A stretch of DNA of 52,049 nucleotides from NCBI GenBank assembly GCA_964252075.1, contig CAXULY010000011.1, positions 1 through 52,049 of the forward strand, written 5' to 3'. This document shows positions 31,420-41,818 of the stretch, in pieces; the first letter of the stretch is position 1; each line of letters starts with the position of its first letter. Source of the stretch: an uncultured Deinococcaceae bacterium (GTDB lineage Bacteria; Deinococcota; Deinococci; Deinococcales; Deinococcaceae). A model generated the notes under the pieces. The model was not told the DNA's origin and did no database searches. It saw nothing but the letters and a program-made list of their open reading frames with translations. The position numbers and the translations under genes were made by a program.

Positions 31420-32001
31420 CCGGGCCTTTGTGTGGTCAAAGCGTGAGCTGGAGTGCGACCAGTTGGGCCTTCAGAGGAATCAGTGGTGATTCCCGATCGC
31501 TACGCTCGCCGCTTGTCATCTGAGCCCCCACCAACGCTGCCCACTGCAAGGCAACCACGCAGCCACTCCGGGCAGGCGCGCCGTGCGATGATTCCCAGCT
31601 TGGCCCAATGCCAGGGACACGCGAGCGCCGTTCCTGCGATCCCACACAGGCTGCCCGTTCAGGCCCAGTCGCGCTTCTGAGGCGGGTCAATCAATTCAGC
31701 GCCCAGTCCCAACCTCCGGTCCTTCACTGTCATTGTCTGCTCGCGCCCTCGCTCCGCGACGGCCACACTGCGCCCTTCAACTGGCGCGAGCGGCACCAAG
31801 TCAAACGGCAGCGGCGCGCACATGGCAAGCCTGGCGGGTGCATGAATACCTGGAATTGGGCTGCCCGACCGTCGTTAAGGTCCGTTTTGGCAGCTGTACA
31901 TGTCACCGGAGGCACATGGGCGGATAGGGCGCTCGGCTGCTCGCATGGCGTTCGCCGCAAGCGTGACCTGCGTCCCGCAGTGCGCTCACGTTGGTCGCGC
32001 G

Positions 32002-32214
32002 TCAGTGCAACAGGGAGTCCGCAGCCTGCTTCTTCAGCAGCAGCCGTTGGCCGGTCGTTCCGTCCGCCTCCGCAATGACCTGCATCACGCGAAACGGCTG
32101 GGTGGCAATCAGGAGGGTTTCACCCACCGCCAGTGGGGGCGCGCCGAGCTTCAGGCTGACAACCACTTCGCCCCATTCTTCATTGGATTGCCAGCGCCAG
32201 ATGTATCGGGTCAC
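32002..32214 (-). CDS. Small hypothetical protein
   Basis: Protein-like 70-aa ORF (VTRYIWRWQ...PPLAVGETLLIATQPFRVMQV) with a possible -10 TGTGCT-N7-GTG. Confidence 0.45.
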   Translation of the reverse strand: MTRYIWRWQSNEEWGEVVVSLKLGAPPLAVGETLLIATQPFRVMQVIAEADGTTGQRLLLKKQAADSLLH

Positions 32215-32497
32215 GGAGGAGAGCACAACCGTACGATGTCACGCCTCACCTGACAGGAGTCTTTCGCCTCGATGCCCAACGGAAGTGCGGCATGCAGACG
32301 CGAGCTCAAAGCTTGGGACCAACGTGCACACCGCAGGCGCCTTCGACCGCGGCCCCCAGCATGTCGCCTTCACCTCGCTTCTGCCCACCTGCTGAAGGCC
32401 GTCACGGCCCGCGTGTGGTCGCCAGCCCTGCAGCGGCTCTCATCTCAGGCTGATGGCCGGTGGGTACCGTTGAATTCACGCTCACGCTCTGGAGGAC

Positions 32498-34522
32498 ATG
32501 ATGCATTCGACGCGGCAAGCCTGGTGGTGGGTTCGGTTCATGTGGTGCCTGACGCTCGCGGGATTGTCCGGGGCGGCCCTCGCGCAGGTCGCCCCTCAGC
32601 TGGGAAACCTCACGTACCGCGTGCCTCCCGGCTGGACGGCGCAGGTTCAGAACGGCGTGCTGGCCTTCACGCCCAAGGACCTGCCGTCCGGGCAGACGGC
32701 TTTCATCCTGCTGTCACCGGACGCGCCCCTCACGGGGGACCTGCGCCCCTGGTTCGAGGCGCGCGTGCAGGGCCTGCACCGCAACGTGCAGGTGCTGAAC
32801 ACGACGCCCGTCGAGTCGAACAAGGCGCAGGATGGCGGGACGGTGCTGTCGCAGGCCGCCGTGATCGTGGGCCAGTCGGGGGAGACGCAGTACCGCTTCT
32901 ACGTGGCGGGCGCCTTCGGGGAGGGGCAGGGACGGCGCGCCGTGCTGCTGCTGTACCAGGCGTCCAGTCTCGCCCTCGTGCAGCAGTACCAGGCGGGCCT
33001 GAACGCCCTCGCGGACTCCGTGGACGTCGCGAAGGGCGCAGCGGTCGGGAAGACCCCCGCCACGCCGAGCGCTTCCGCCACGACCACGCAGGGGAAAGCG
33101 GCGCCCCAGCCGACGCCGGGCCCCGCCGCCCTGCCCGCCATCAAGACGCTCAACGCCGCCGAGTTCATCAAGGCGGGCGGCCGCCCCGAGGACACCCTGA
33201 TTCCCGGCGAGTTCCACTGCTACGAGGAGCGGCGGGGTGACGACTTCGCGCGGCCCCACCTGATTGTGCAGATCCTGAAAGGGAACGCGTACCGCACTTC
33301 GGCGGGCGGCGGGACGTTCGCGGTGCGCAAGGACAGCAGCCTGCGCAAGGTCGGCTGGCAGGGTGGGCCGCTCGGCGGGTCCGACGAGGGCTACCTGAGT
33401 TTCGGGGATGAGGGGCAGGACTTCAGCCTGCGCAACGTCGGGCCGCAGGAGCGCGACTTCACGTGCTACCAGGCGGGCGCGCGCGAGAACCTCGCCAAGC
33501 TGGAGTTCGGGCTGAAGACCCCGCCGGTCGGCAAGTACCCCTGCGTCGCCACCGACGGCAAGGGCGCGAGTGCCGGCACGCTGGAGATCCTCGCGGGCGG
33601 GCGGTACCGCGCCGCGGGCGGTGAGGGGCGTTACGCCGTGGACGTGCTGAGCGACCAGGACGAGGACTGGGGTGACGTGGACTTCACGGGCGGCCCCTGG
33701 GACGGTCAGAGCGCCACCTACCGGGAGGGCGAGGACGGCCTGCGGCGCTTCGGCGCCCGCAAGCTGGAGTGCCGGACCGTGGTGAAACCCACGCCCATCC
33801 CCCGCTACGGCGCGGCGAAGGCGCCCACGCCGCCCAAGGGGTCGGGCGGCCTGTCGGGCGCCTACGCGAGCTGGCAGCCGGACGTGGGTGGGTACTGCGG
33901 CGGCCTGTGCTGGGACTTCTACATCTTCGACAAGAGCGGGTACGTGTACACCCGCGAGCCGGACACCGCGCTTGCGGACGCCGACTGCTCGCGCACGAGG
34001 CTCAACGGCCTGCCGATGTGCGAGGTGTACAGCGTGCAGGCGGGGCAGCTCAGGATCGGGGCGGGCAAGCCCAGACCACTGAAGAAGAAAGCTGATGGCC
34101 GGTACGACCTGGACGGCACCACCCTGATTCCCATCCGCAGTGTCGCGGGGCTGAAACTGAACGGCGCGTACCGCAGCTTCACGGGCTCGGTCGGGGTGGG
34201 CGGCATGACCAGCAGCTTCTCGGAGGCCTTCCTGCGCTTCGCGCCGGACGGGCGCTTCACGCGCGATTCGTCCGGCGGGTTCAGCTCGACGTTCACCGAT
34301 ACCGGCACGTCGGGCGGCACGACCACGGGCGGCGTGACCGCCCTGAGCAACCGCAACAGCAGCGGCACGTACCGCTTCGTGGGCAACACGCTGGAACTCA
34401 AGTACGCGGACGGCCGGGTGGTGCGCTCCTTCGCGTTCCTGGCGGACACCGACGGCCAGAAGATGAGCACCGGCTTCGTCCGCATCGGCGGGCGCGACTA
34501 CACGCGGCAGGACAAGAAGTAA
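32498..34522 (+). CDS. Secreted multidomain hypothetical protein
   Basis: SD GGAGG, signal ending ALA-Q, Pro/Thr linker, two pairs of internal beta repeats, paired Cys, strong codon bias. Confidence 0.85.
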   Translation: MMHSTRQAWWWVRFMWCLTLAGLSGAALAQVAPQLGNLTYRVPPGWTAQVQNGVLAFTPKDLPSGQTAFILLSPDAPLTGDLRPWFEARVQGLHRNVQVLNTTPVESNKAQDGGTVLSQAAVIVGQSGETQYRFYVAGAFGEGQGRRAVLLLYQASSLALVQQYQAGLNALADSVDVAKGAAVGKTPATPSASATTTQGKAAPQPTPGPAALPAIKTLNAAEFIKAGGRPEDTLIPGEFHCYEERRGDDFARPHLIVQILKGNAYRTSAGGGTFAVRKDSSLRKVGWQGGPLGGSDEGYLSFGDEGQDFSLRNVGPQERDFTCYQAGARENLAKLEFGLKTPPVGKYPCVATDGKGASAGTLEILAGGRYRAAGGEGRYAVDVLSDQDEDWGDVDFTGGPWDGQSATYREGEDGLRRFGARKLECRTVVKPTPIPRYGAAKAPTPPKGSGGLSGAYASWQPDVGGYCGGLCWDFYIFDKSGYVYTREPDTALADADCSRTRLNGLPMCEVYSVQAGQLRIGAGKPRPLKKKADGRYDLDGTTLIPIRSVAGLKLNGAYRSFTGSVGVGGMTSSFSEAFLRFAPDGRFTRDSSGGFSSTFTDTGTSGGTTTGGVTALSNRNSSGTYRFVGNTLELKYADGRVVRSFAFLADTDGQKMSTGFVRIGGRDYTRQDKK

Positions 34523-34526
34523 CCTG

Positions 34527-34568
34527 TGCGGGGCGGCCGGGCGGATTGTGCCGCCCGGCCGCCCCGCA
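34527..34568. terminator. Bidirectional stem-loop between convergent genes
   Basis: 18-bp perfect stem TGCGGGGCGGCCGGGCGG with loop ATTGTG. Confidence 0.75.
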
Positions 34569-34602
34569 AGCCCTCAATCGCCCATGATCGGTCGGCCCGC
34601 GC

Positions 34603-35298
34603 TCACCAGCCGACGGGGCCGAAGCGGTCCACAAAGCGCCCCGTGCCACCCTCGGGCCCCTCGGTCGCCAGGGCGACGATCGCGTCGGTGCCTTCCGTGA
34701 CGGTCTGCGGCCCGCTGTGCCCGTTGAAGTCCGTCGCGGTGTAACCGGGGTCGGCGGCGTTGACGCGGATGCCGGGCAGCGCCTTGGCGTACTGCGTGGT
34801 GAGCATCGTGACGGCGGCCTTGGAGGCGGTGTAGAGCGGAGCGGTGATGGTGCCCTCAACGCGGTCGGGGTCGTGCGTCACGGCAAAGGACCCCATCCCG
34901 CTGCTGACGTTGATGATCGCGGGGTGCGCGGAGTGCCGGAGGAGCGGCAGGAAGGCGTGCGTGACGCGCACGATGCCCGCCACGTTCGTGTCGAGGACCT
35001 CCATGATGTCCGGGCCGGTGAGCGCCTCGGCGGGCCCGTGCGCGCCGATGATGCCGGCGTTGTTGATCAGCACGTCGATGCGGCCCTCGCGCGCCGTGAT
35101 GTCCTCGGCGGCGCGGGCCACCGAGTCGTCGCGGGTGACGTCGATGGGCACGAAGCGCGCGCCGAGCCGCTCCGCCGCGGCCTGACCGCGCGCGGCGTCG
35201 CGCGCGCCGATGATGACGGTGTGGCCCAGCTTGATGAGGCGGCGGGCGGTCTCGTACCCGAGGCCCTTGTTGGCGCCCGTGATGAACGTGATGGTCAT
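34603..35298 (-). CDS. SDR oxidoreductase (carbonyl-reductase-like)
   Basis: TGANKGLG, LINNAG, NVSS, YTASK, DPGYTATD. Confidence 0.92.
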   Translation of the reverse strand: MTITFITGANKGLGYETARRLIKLGHTVIIGARDAARGQAAAERLGARFVPIDVTRDDSVARAAEDITAREGRIDVLINNAGIIGAHGPAEALTGPDIMEVLDTNVAGIVRVTHAFLPLLRHSAHPAIINVSSGMGSFAVTHDPDRVEGTITAPLYTASKAAVTMLTTQYAKALPGIRVNAADPGYTATDFNGHSGPQTVTEGTDAIVALATEGPEGGTGRFVDRFGPVGW

Positions 35299-35388
35299 GC
35301 GCCCACTCTTCCTCACGGGCGGCGCCGCAACCAGGGACGGGCGGACGGTAGGACCCGCACTCCCACCCTCGGCGCTACCATGAGGGGC

Positions 35389-36255
35389 ATGACGGCCGAC
35401 GACACCAGCCTTGCCTCGACGCTCCGGGTGTGGCGCGACCGCCTCACGCCCGCGCAGGTCGGCCTGCCCGCTGGGGGAGCGCGCCGCGCGGCGGGCCTGC
35501 GCCGTGAGGAGCTCGCGGACCTCACGGGCGTGTCCGTGGATTACATCGTGCGGTTGGAGCAGGGCCGGGCGACCACGCCGTCCGGTCCGGTCGTGGCGGC
35601 GCTGGCGCGCGTCCTGCAACTCACGCGCGGCGAGCGCGACCACCTGTACGCGCTGGCGGGCTTGCAGCCGCCCGCGGACCGACTCATCAGCGATCAGCTG
35701 TCGCCCGGCGTGCAGCGCCTGCTCACGCGGCTGGGTGAGGTGGCGGTCGCGGTGTTCGCGGCCGACTGGCGGATGGTGTGGTGGACCCCCAGCTGGGCGG
35801 CGCTGCTGGGCGACCCAGCGCACGTCCCGCTGGAGGCGCGCAGCCTGGTGCGCGCGCGCTTCCCCACCCCAGGTCACGTGGGCCGCGTCCAAGCGTGGCC
35901 GGTGCGCTCCGATCACCCGGACGTGACCGACCGGGCGATCGTCGCTGACCTCCGGCGCGCGAGCGGGCGCTACCCCGAGGACCCCCGCCTGACGGAGTTG
36001 CTGCGCCGCACCATCGAAGGCAACGCGCACTTCGCGCAGCTCTGGCGTGCGGGCGCCGTCGGGGAGCACGACGAGGACCGCAAGACGATCGAGCACCCCA
36101 TCGTGGGCGACGTTCACGTCGACTGCGACGTCCTGTCCGCCAGCGACGGCGATTTCAGGATCGTGGCCCTCACGGCGGCGGCCAGCAGCGAGGACGCCCG
36201 GCGGATCGAGCGGGCGCGCAGGGTGGCGCTCGACCGCGTGCAGGCGCCCACCTGA
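35389..36255 (+). CDS. XRE/MmyB-family transcriptional regulator
   Basis: RRAAGLRREELADLTGVSVDYIVRLEQGR HTH; MmyB ligand domain (HPIVGDV). Leaderless TACCAT-N7-ATG; divergent from the SDR gene. Confidence 0.9.
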   Translation: MTADDTSLASTLRVWRDRLTPAQVGLPAGGARRAAGLRREELADLTGVSVDYIVRLEQGRATTPSGPVVAALARVLQLTRGERDHLYALAGLQPPADRLISDQLSPGVQRLLTRLGEVAVAVFAADWRMVWWTPSWAALLGDPAHVPLEARSLVRARFPTPGHVGRVQAWPVRSDHPDVTDRAIVADLRRASGRYPEDPRLTELLRRTIEGNAHFAQLWRAGAVGEHDEDRKTIEHPIVGDVHVDCDVLSASDGDFRIVALTAAASSEDARRIERARRVALDRVQAPT

Positions 36256-36421
36256 CCGCGGCGCGCACCTGGGGTCATGAAGGGGCACCGCGTGCACGGG
36301 ACGACCGGACCACCGCGCCCCGCACAGCCGAAACCCCATGTGCGGGCCACCGGGGCGCTTAAAGAAGCGCTCCTCTTCTCATGAAGCCAGACACAACAGT
36401 GGGCGTTCAGGAGGCGTCATC

Positions 36422-37213
36422 ATGCCCAGAATGCAATCGGCCCTGTGGCTGTTTCCACTGATCGTCGGCGGTGTGGCCCAGGCGCAGGTGGCGACGGACG
36501 AGGTGTGCCGGCCCTCGCACGTCCTGTACGTGCACCCGGCCATTGAGTCCCTGCGCAGCCTGAAGGTCACCATGAACGGCAAGGCCGTGCTGAACGTCCC
36601 GAACGTCGCGCGCGCGTACCGGCCCAGCGAGCAGTCCTACAGCAAGCAGGACGTGGGGCGGTTCGTTCAGCCGGGTCAGAACAAGGTGGTGCTGGAGTGG
36701 CAGACCGGCAAGGTCGGTGCCTACGATTCCAGCTGGGTGCGCCTGACGGGCGGCGTGAACGGCAGTTACTCCACGGTGCTGAACGTGGTGCCGGAGCAGT
36801 ACCGGAACGTGCGCCGCCTGAGTTTCACCTTCCAGGCGGACACCTCTCAGGCCGCGTGCGAGGCCTACGGCCGCCCCGCGCGCTACCAGCTGACGCTGGG
36901 CGGCAGCACGCAGGGCGACCGGCTTGTGGAGTGGTCCGTGGACGTGAACGGGCGCTACGTGCTGCTCAGCAACAACGGTCCCTCCATGATGAACGAGGGG
37001 CGCCGCATGGACCTCACGCGGTTCCTCCGGCAGGGGAAGAACACGGTGACACTGCACTGGCGGCTCCTCTCGGCGCAGTCGACGAACGCCAGTGCGGTCG
37101 GCGCCCAGATCACGCGGGTTGATGGGGGTCAGAAGGGCGTGCTGCTCAACATGCTGCTGGATCACCGCAGCGGCCTGAGCGGCTCGAAGAGCGTCACCAT
37201 CACTGTGAAGTGA
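36422..37213 (+). CDS. Secreted protein with two jelly-roll-like repeats
   Basis: Signal ending AQA; repeats VTMNGK..DVGRFVQPGQNKVVLEW / VDVNGR..DLTRFLRQGKNTVTLHW. Confidence 0.8.
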   Translation: MPRMQSALWLFPLIVGGVAQAQVATDEVCRPSHVLYVHPAIESLRSLKVTMNGKAVLNVPNVARAYRPSEQSYSKQDVGRFVQPGQNKVVLEWQTGKVGAYDSSWVRLTGGVNGSYSTVLNVVPEQYRNVRRLSFTFQADTSQAACEAYGRPARYQLTLGGSTQGDRLVEWSVDVNGRYVLLSNNGPSMMNEGRRMDLTRFLRQGKNTVTLHWRLLSAQSTNASAVGAQITRVDGGQKGVLLNMLLDHRSGLSGSKSVTITVK

Positions 37214-37440
37214 AGCGAGGCTCGGTGTCTCTGCGGGTCGTCCATGGACGACCCGCTGTGTTTTTTGATTTGGCGCGGTGGTGAGGTGATGTCGGATAGG
37301 TCCGCCCGCCGGTTCCGGTGGGCACATCTGTGGTGTATGAAAGCGGTGGCCCCTCCTCCTGGCGCGTCGTTCCGCACTGAACCTGGTTCGCGAAGCGGTT
37401 ACTATAAGATGCTGCCTACTTCGTGTGGATGCCTGAGCGA

Positions 37441-37488
37441 TTGACAAATCCATTACTGTAAGACTATAAATAACTTGTAAGTTATAAT
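37441..37488 (+). promoter_or_regulatory. AT-rich sigma-70 promoter with palindromic operator
   Basis: TTGACA at 37441, TATAAA at 37465 (18-bp spacer), TATAAT at 37483, palindrome ATAACTT-GT-AAGTTAT at 37470-37485. Confidence 0.65.
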
Positions 37489-37682
37489 TCGACGGTGCGA
37501 TGTGTAAGGGCGTCAGCTCTGGTTTCTCGTCCTGCTGACCCGCACGCGATAAACGCCTGACGCTGACTCAAGACGAAACGGCGTCTTCCGCCTCCCCATT
37601 CGGCTCCCGTTTGCTCCTCCTCCGCCCCGCCTGCTCTCCAGCCACCGCGTGATGGGCTGGCCCGCCCTTCATGGAGTCCACC

Positions 37683-37982
37683 ATGCATGTGATGATGTTC
37701 CGCGCCACCGTCAAGCCCGAGCACGTGCCCGACGTCAAGGGGGCACTGCAGACCATGTTCGCGGCCATCCACGCCCATCAGCCGCAGGGCGTGCGGTACG
37801 CTTCAAGCCAGCTGGAGGACACCCCCACCTTCGTGATTCTGCTGGCGCTGGAGCAGCCGGGCGAGAACCCGCTGGCGGCCATTCCTGAGTTTTGCGCCTT
37901 CCAGGGGCAGATCCAGGGCTGGCTCGCCGAGCCGACCGTCCCGCAACCCCTCACGGTGGTGGGCAGCTACAACCTGTTCTGA
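37683..37982 (+). CDS. ABM-like (dimeric alpha/beta barrel) small protein
   Basis: SD GGAG; RATVKPEHV...GVRYASSQLED..TFV..NPLAAIPEF..LTVVGSY pattern. Confidence 0.75.
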   Translation: MHVMMFRATVKPEHVPDVKGALQTMFAAIHAHQPQGVRYASSQLEDTPTFVILLALEQPGENPLAAIPEFCAFQGQIQGWLAEPTVPQPLTVVGSYNLF

Positions 37983-38299
37983 ACCAGTGAGCGCCACGCA
38001 GCACGGACCCACCTGCTGAACTGAGGACATGGGCGTTCCAGGGCTGGGCCAGCCGGTTCGCGAAGCGTGCCGCGCGTTTCATCCCTCCCTAGATCATTTC
38101 GGCTCGGGTGATGGGGCCGACGCGATGGGTCACGCGGCTGGTTGGATTTCTGTCTAGCCGCTGCGCTGAAGGCGCCGACATGGTCGGCGGAACGCCAGAG
38201 GGGCTGCGGCGCTGGTCTCACCGGAAAGCACGCACCGTAAGCCCAGGAGCGTCTGGGTCAGCCCGGGAGCTCGGCTGCCCGGCCGGTGGTGGCGGGCGC

Positions 38300-39109
38300 T
38301 CAGGCTTTGGGGTACTGGAATTGCGCGCGCGTCAGTGCGTCGAACACCCGATCGGGGAGCAGGGTGTGCAGCGCCACCGCGATGCTGGCGCCCGGGCCGA
38401 CCCGGTACCGGGTTTTCGGGCGGGGGGTGAGGGCCGCCGTGGCGAGGCTGCGCGCGACGTGCGTCACGCTCGCCATCTGGCGGTGCACGGCCGCACTCCT
38501 GAAGTACCGGTGCATGGCGGCCGCCATGTCGGCGTACGCGCCGCCCGCAGAGGCGCCGTGCAGGCGCTGCATGGCGTCCTCGTGCCACGCGGTGTTGACG
38601 TACCCGGGCTGCACGATGACGACCTCAATCCCGTGGTGCGCGACTTCGCCGCGCAGGCTGTCGGAGAGGGCTTCCAGGGCGAACTTCGAGGCGTGGTACC
38701 AGCCGCCGAGCGGCGCCGCGAATTCGCCGGCGAGCGACGAGACGTTCACGATGCGGCCGCGTCTAGCCTCGCGCATGCCGGGGAGGACGGCGCGCGTGAG
38801 CGCCATGGGGCCGATCACGTTCACGTCCAGCTGTCGGCGGGCGTCCTCCGGGGTGGTGTCCTCGAGGGCGCCGAACTCGCCGTACCCGGCGCAGTTGATC
38901 AGGACGTCGAGGTGGGGGAGGTCGCGCGCGACCTGCTGGATGCCCGTGACGTCGCTGAGGTCCAGCGCGATGGGGGTGATGCTGGGGTGGCGTGGGATCT
39001 GCTGGGTGCGGCGGGCGGCGGCGAGGACGTGGTGGCCGCGCTGGGCGAGGAGGGTGGCGGTGTGCGCGCCGATGCCGGACGAGGCGCCCGTGAGCAGGAT
39101 GGTTTTCAT
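38300..39109 (-). CDS. SDR oxidoreductase
   Basis: TGASSGIG, LINCAG, NVSS, YHASK, QPGYVNT; SD AAGGAG. Confidence 0.92.
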   Translation of the reverse strand: MKTILLTGASSGIGAHTATLLAQRGHHVLAAARRTQQIPRHPSITPIALDLSDVTGIQQVARDLPHLDVLINCAGYGEFGALEDTTPEDARRQLDVNVIGPMALTRAVLPGMREARRGRIVNVSSLAGEFAAPLGGWYHASKFALEALSDSLRGEVAHHGIEVVIVQPGYVNTAWHEDAMQRLHGASAGGAYADMAAAMHRYFRSAAVHRQMASVTHVARSLATAALTPRPKTRYRVGPGASIAVALHTLLPDRVFDALTRAQFQYPKA

Positions 39110-39120
39110 CTGGTCTCCTT

Positions 39121-39173
39121 ACTGTGCATGCCATTCACAGTAAGGATAGGTTACTGTGAATGGCATGCACAGT
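39121..39173. promoter_or_regulatory. Perfect 23-bp inverted repeat made of two TetR operators/divergent promoters
   Basis: ACTGTGCATGCCATTCACAGTAA (39121-39143) and its reverse complement (39151-39173). Each arm is ACTGTG-N9-CACAGT. Confidence 0.8.
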
Positions 39174-39821
39174 CAAGACAAGGTGGCCATCCAGCTCGCG
39201 TGGGGTCAGGGACCCGCCACCACCCGCGGCCCCAGACCGCAATTCACCATTCACGACGTCGCGCGCGCCGGCGTCGCCGTCGCGGACGAACAGGGCCTCC
39301 CCGGCCTCTCCCTCGCGAAGGTCGCGCAGGCGCTCGGCCTCACCACCACCGGCCTGTACCGCTACGTCGCGTCCAAAAGCACCCTCATCGAACTCGCCGC
39401 GGACGCCGCCGCCGGCCCCGCCCCCACCCTCACGGGGGACACCTGGCAGGAACGCGTCACCGCCTGGGCGCACGCCCGCGCCGCCCAGATCCGCCAGCAC
39501 CCCTGGCTGGTCGACGTCCACCCCACCAGTCTCCCGCGCCTGCCCCATGCGGTCGACTGGATCGAGGCGCTGCTCGCCGCCGTCGCCCACGAGCCGCGCA
39601 TCGACGGCCTGCGGCTGGCCCTCCTCCTCGACACCGTCGCCACCACCTACACCCGCAACGCCCGGACCGTCACGGACGCCACCGACCTCCCCGCGTGGCT
39701 GCAGGACACCATCGCGGCCCGCCACCCCCACCTCGCGCGCGCCGCCACCCACCACACCGACGCGGACGAACTCGGCGCCGCCATCGCCACCATCGTTCGC
39801 GGCGTCACCCCCAGCGCCTGA
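39165..39821 (+). CDS. TetR/AcrR family regulator
   Basis: RGPRP..AGVAVADEQGLPGLSLAKVAQALGLTTTGLYRYVASK HTH. Leaderless TACTGT-N7-ATG. Confidence 0.9.
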   Translation: MHSQDKVAIQLAWGQGPATTRGPRPQFTIHDVARAGVAVADEQGLPGLSLAKVAQALGLTTTGLYRYVASKSTLIELAADAAAGPAPTLTGDTWQERVTAWAHARAAQIRQHPWLVDVHPTSLPRLPHAVDWIEALLAAVAHEPRIDGLRLALLLDTVATTYTRNARTVTDATDLPAWLQDTIAARHPHLARAATHHTDADELGAAIATIVRGVTPSA

Positions 39822-39897
39822 CGGGGCGCGCCGCCCCGCCGGTTGACTGCTCAGCCTCCGCACCCGCCCGGGCACCCTGCCGCAGAATCGGAGCATT

Positions 39898-41727
39898 ATG
39901 CCCACCTACCGATCCAGAACGACCACCGAAGGCCGCAACATGGCGGGCGCCCGCGCCCTCTGGCGCGCGACGGGCATGCAGGAAGGGGACTTCCAGAAGC
40001 CCATCATCGCGGTGGTGAACTCCTTCACGCAGTTCGTGCCGGGCCACGTGCACCTCAAGGACCTCGGGCAACTCGTGGCGCGCGAGATCGAGGCGGCGGG
40101 CGGCGTCGCGAAGGAATTCAACACCATCGCCGTGGATGACGGCATCGCCATGGGGCACGACGGCATGCTGTACTCCCTGCCCAGCCGGGAACTCATCGCG
40201 GACAGCGTGGAGTACATGGTGAACGCCCACTGCGCGGACGCCATGGTGTGCATCTCCAACTGCGACAAGATCACGCCCGGCATGCTGATGGCGGCCCTGC
40301 GCCTGAACATCCCCGCGGTGTTCGTGTCCGGCGGCCCCATGGAAGCGGGCAAGATCCTGCTGAAGAACACCGAGCACTCCCTGGACCTCGTGGACGCCAT
40401 GGTGATGGCCGCCGACGACAGCGTGAGCGACGAGGACGTGCAGGCCGTGGAGCGCTCCGCCTGCCCCACCTGCGGGTCCTGCTCCGGCATGTTCACCGCG
40501 AACTCCATGAACTGCCTCACCGAGGCGCTGGGCCTGTCCCTGCCGGGGAACGGCTCGGTGCTCGCCACGCACAGCGACCGCCAGCAGCTCTTCAAGCGCG
40601 CCGGGCACCTCATCGTGGACCTCGCGAAACGCCACTACGAGCAGGACGACCAGGGCGTCCTGCCGCGCAGCATCGCCACCTTCGAAGCCTTCGAGAACGC
40701 CATGACGCTCGACATCGCGATGGGCGGCTCCACCAACACCGTGCTGCACCTGCTGGCCGCCGCGCACGAAGCGGGCGTGGACTTCAGCATGTCGGACATC
40801 GACCGCCTGTCGCGCCGCGTGCCCGTGCTGTGCAAGGTCGCGCCCGCCAAGAACGACGTGCACATGGAAGACGTGCACCGCGCCGGCGGCATCATGGCGA
40901 TCCTCGGACAGCTCGAACGCGCGAACCTCCTGAACACCAACGTGCGCTCCGTCCACGCGGAGTGCCTCACGGACGCCCTGGACCGCTGGGACGTGTCCCG
41001 CACGCAGGACGAACACACGCACGCCTTCTACCGCGCCGCGCCCGGCGGCATTCCCACGCAATTCGCGTTCTCGCAGTCCCGCCGCTACACCACCCTCGAC
41101 ACCGACCGCGAAACGGGCGTGATCCGCAGCGCCCCGCACGCCTTCTCGCAGGACGGAGGGCTCGCGGTGCTGTACGGCAACCTCGCAGAGGACGGCTGCA
41201 TCGTCAAGACCGCCGGGGTGGACGACAGCAACCTGACGTTCACCGGAACGGCCCGCGTGTTCGAGTCGCAGGACGCCGCCGTGGACGGCATCCTGGGCGG
41301 CGCCGTGCAGGCGGGCGACGTGGTGCTGATCCGCTACGAGGGCCCGCGCGGCGGTCCCGGCATGCAGGAGATGCTGTACCCCACCAGTTACCTGAAATCC
41401 AAGGGCCTCGGGAAGGCCTGCGCGCTCGTCACGGACGGGCGATTCAGCGGCGGGTCGTCGGGCCTCTCCATCGGCCACGTGTCCCCCGAAGCGGCCGAAG
41501 GCGGCACCATCGGCCTCGTCGAGACCGGCGACACCATCGAGATCGACATTCCCGCGCGCCGCATTCACCTCGCCGTGGACGACGCCACCCTCGCCGCGCG
41601 CCGCGCCCAGCGCGACGCGGACGGCTGGCGACCCGCGCAGGCGCGCGCGCGCAACGTCACCGCCGCCCTGCGCGCCTACGCCAGCATGACCACCAGCGCC
41701 GCGCGCGGCGCTGTCCGCAACATCTGA
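39898..41727 (+). CDS. ilvD: Dihydroxy-acid dehydratase
   Basis: [63 protein letters not shown]. Confidence 0.97.
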   Translation: MPTYRSRTTTEGRNMAGARALWRATGMQEGDFQKPIIAVVNSFTQFVPGHVHLKDLGQLVAREIEAAGGVAKEFNTIAVDDGIAMGHDGMLYSLPSRELIADSVEYMVNAHCADAMVCISNCDKITPGMLMAALRLNIPAVFVSGGPMEAGKILLKNTEHSLDLVDAMVMAADDSVSDEDVQAVERSACPTCGSCSGMFTANSMNCLTEALGLSLPGNGSVLATHSDRQQLFKRAGHLIVDLAKRHYEQDDQGVLPRSIATFEAFENAMTLDIAMGGSTNTVLHLLAAAHEAGVDFSMSDIDRLSRRVPVLCKVAPAKNDVHMEDVHRAGGIMAILGQLERANLLNTNVRSVHAECLTDALDRWDVSRTQDEHTHAFYRAAPGGIPTQFAFSQSRRYTTLDTDRETGVIRSAPHAFSQDGGLAVLYGNLAEDGCIVKTAGVDDSNLTFTGTARVFESQDAAVDGILGGAVQAGDVVLIRYEGPRGGPGMQEMLYPTSYLKSKGLGKACALVTDGRFSGGSSGLSIGHVSPEAAEGGTIGLVETGDTIEIDIPARRIHLAVDDATLAARRAQRDADGWRPAQARARNVTAALRAYASMTTSAARGAVRNI

Positions 41728-41748
41728 CGCAGGAGGGTGCAGACGGGC

Positions 41749-41810
41749 GCGCCTCCGACACCGTGCGCGCGCCGCCGTGAACGGCCGCGCGCGCACGGTG
41801 TCGGAGGCGC
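41749..41810. terminator. Long stem-loop between convergent ilvD and the regulator gene
   Basis: 24-bp perfect stem (41749-41772 / 41787-41810) with 14-nt loop. Confidence 0.75.
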
Positions 41811-41818
41811 CCCTCCCG

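Noticed and set aside
32439..32470. Fourth heptamer-repeat promoter (CTCATCT-N4-CTGATGG before TACCGT)
   Set aside because: Poor repeat match and an 8-nt rather than 9-nt spacing.
37453..37469. Second RDRM candidate TTACTGTAAGACTATAA
   Set aside because: Lacks the conserved G at position 5 and C at position 13.
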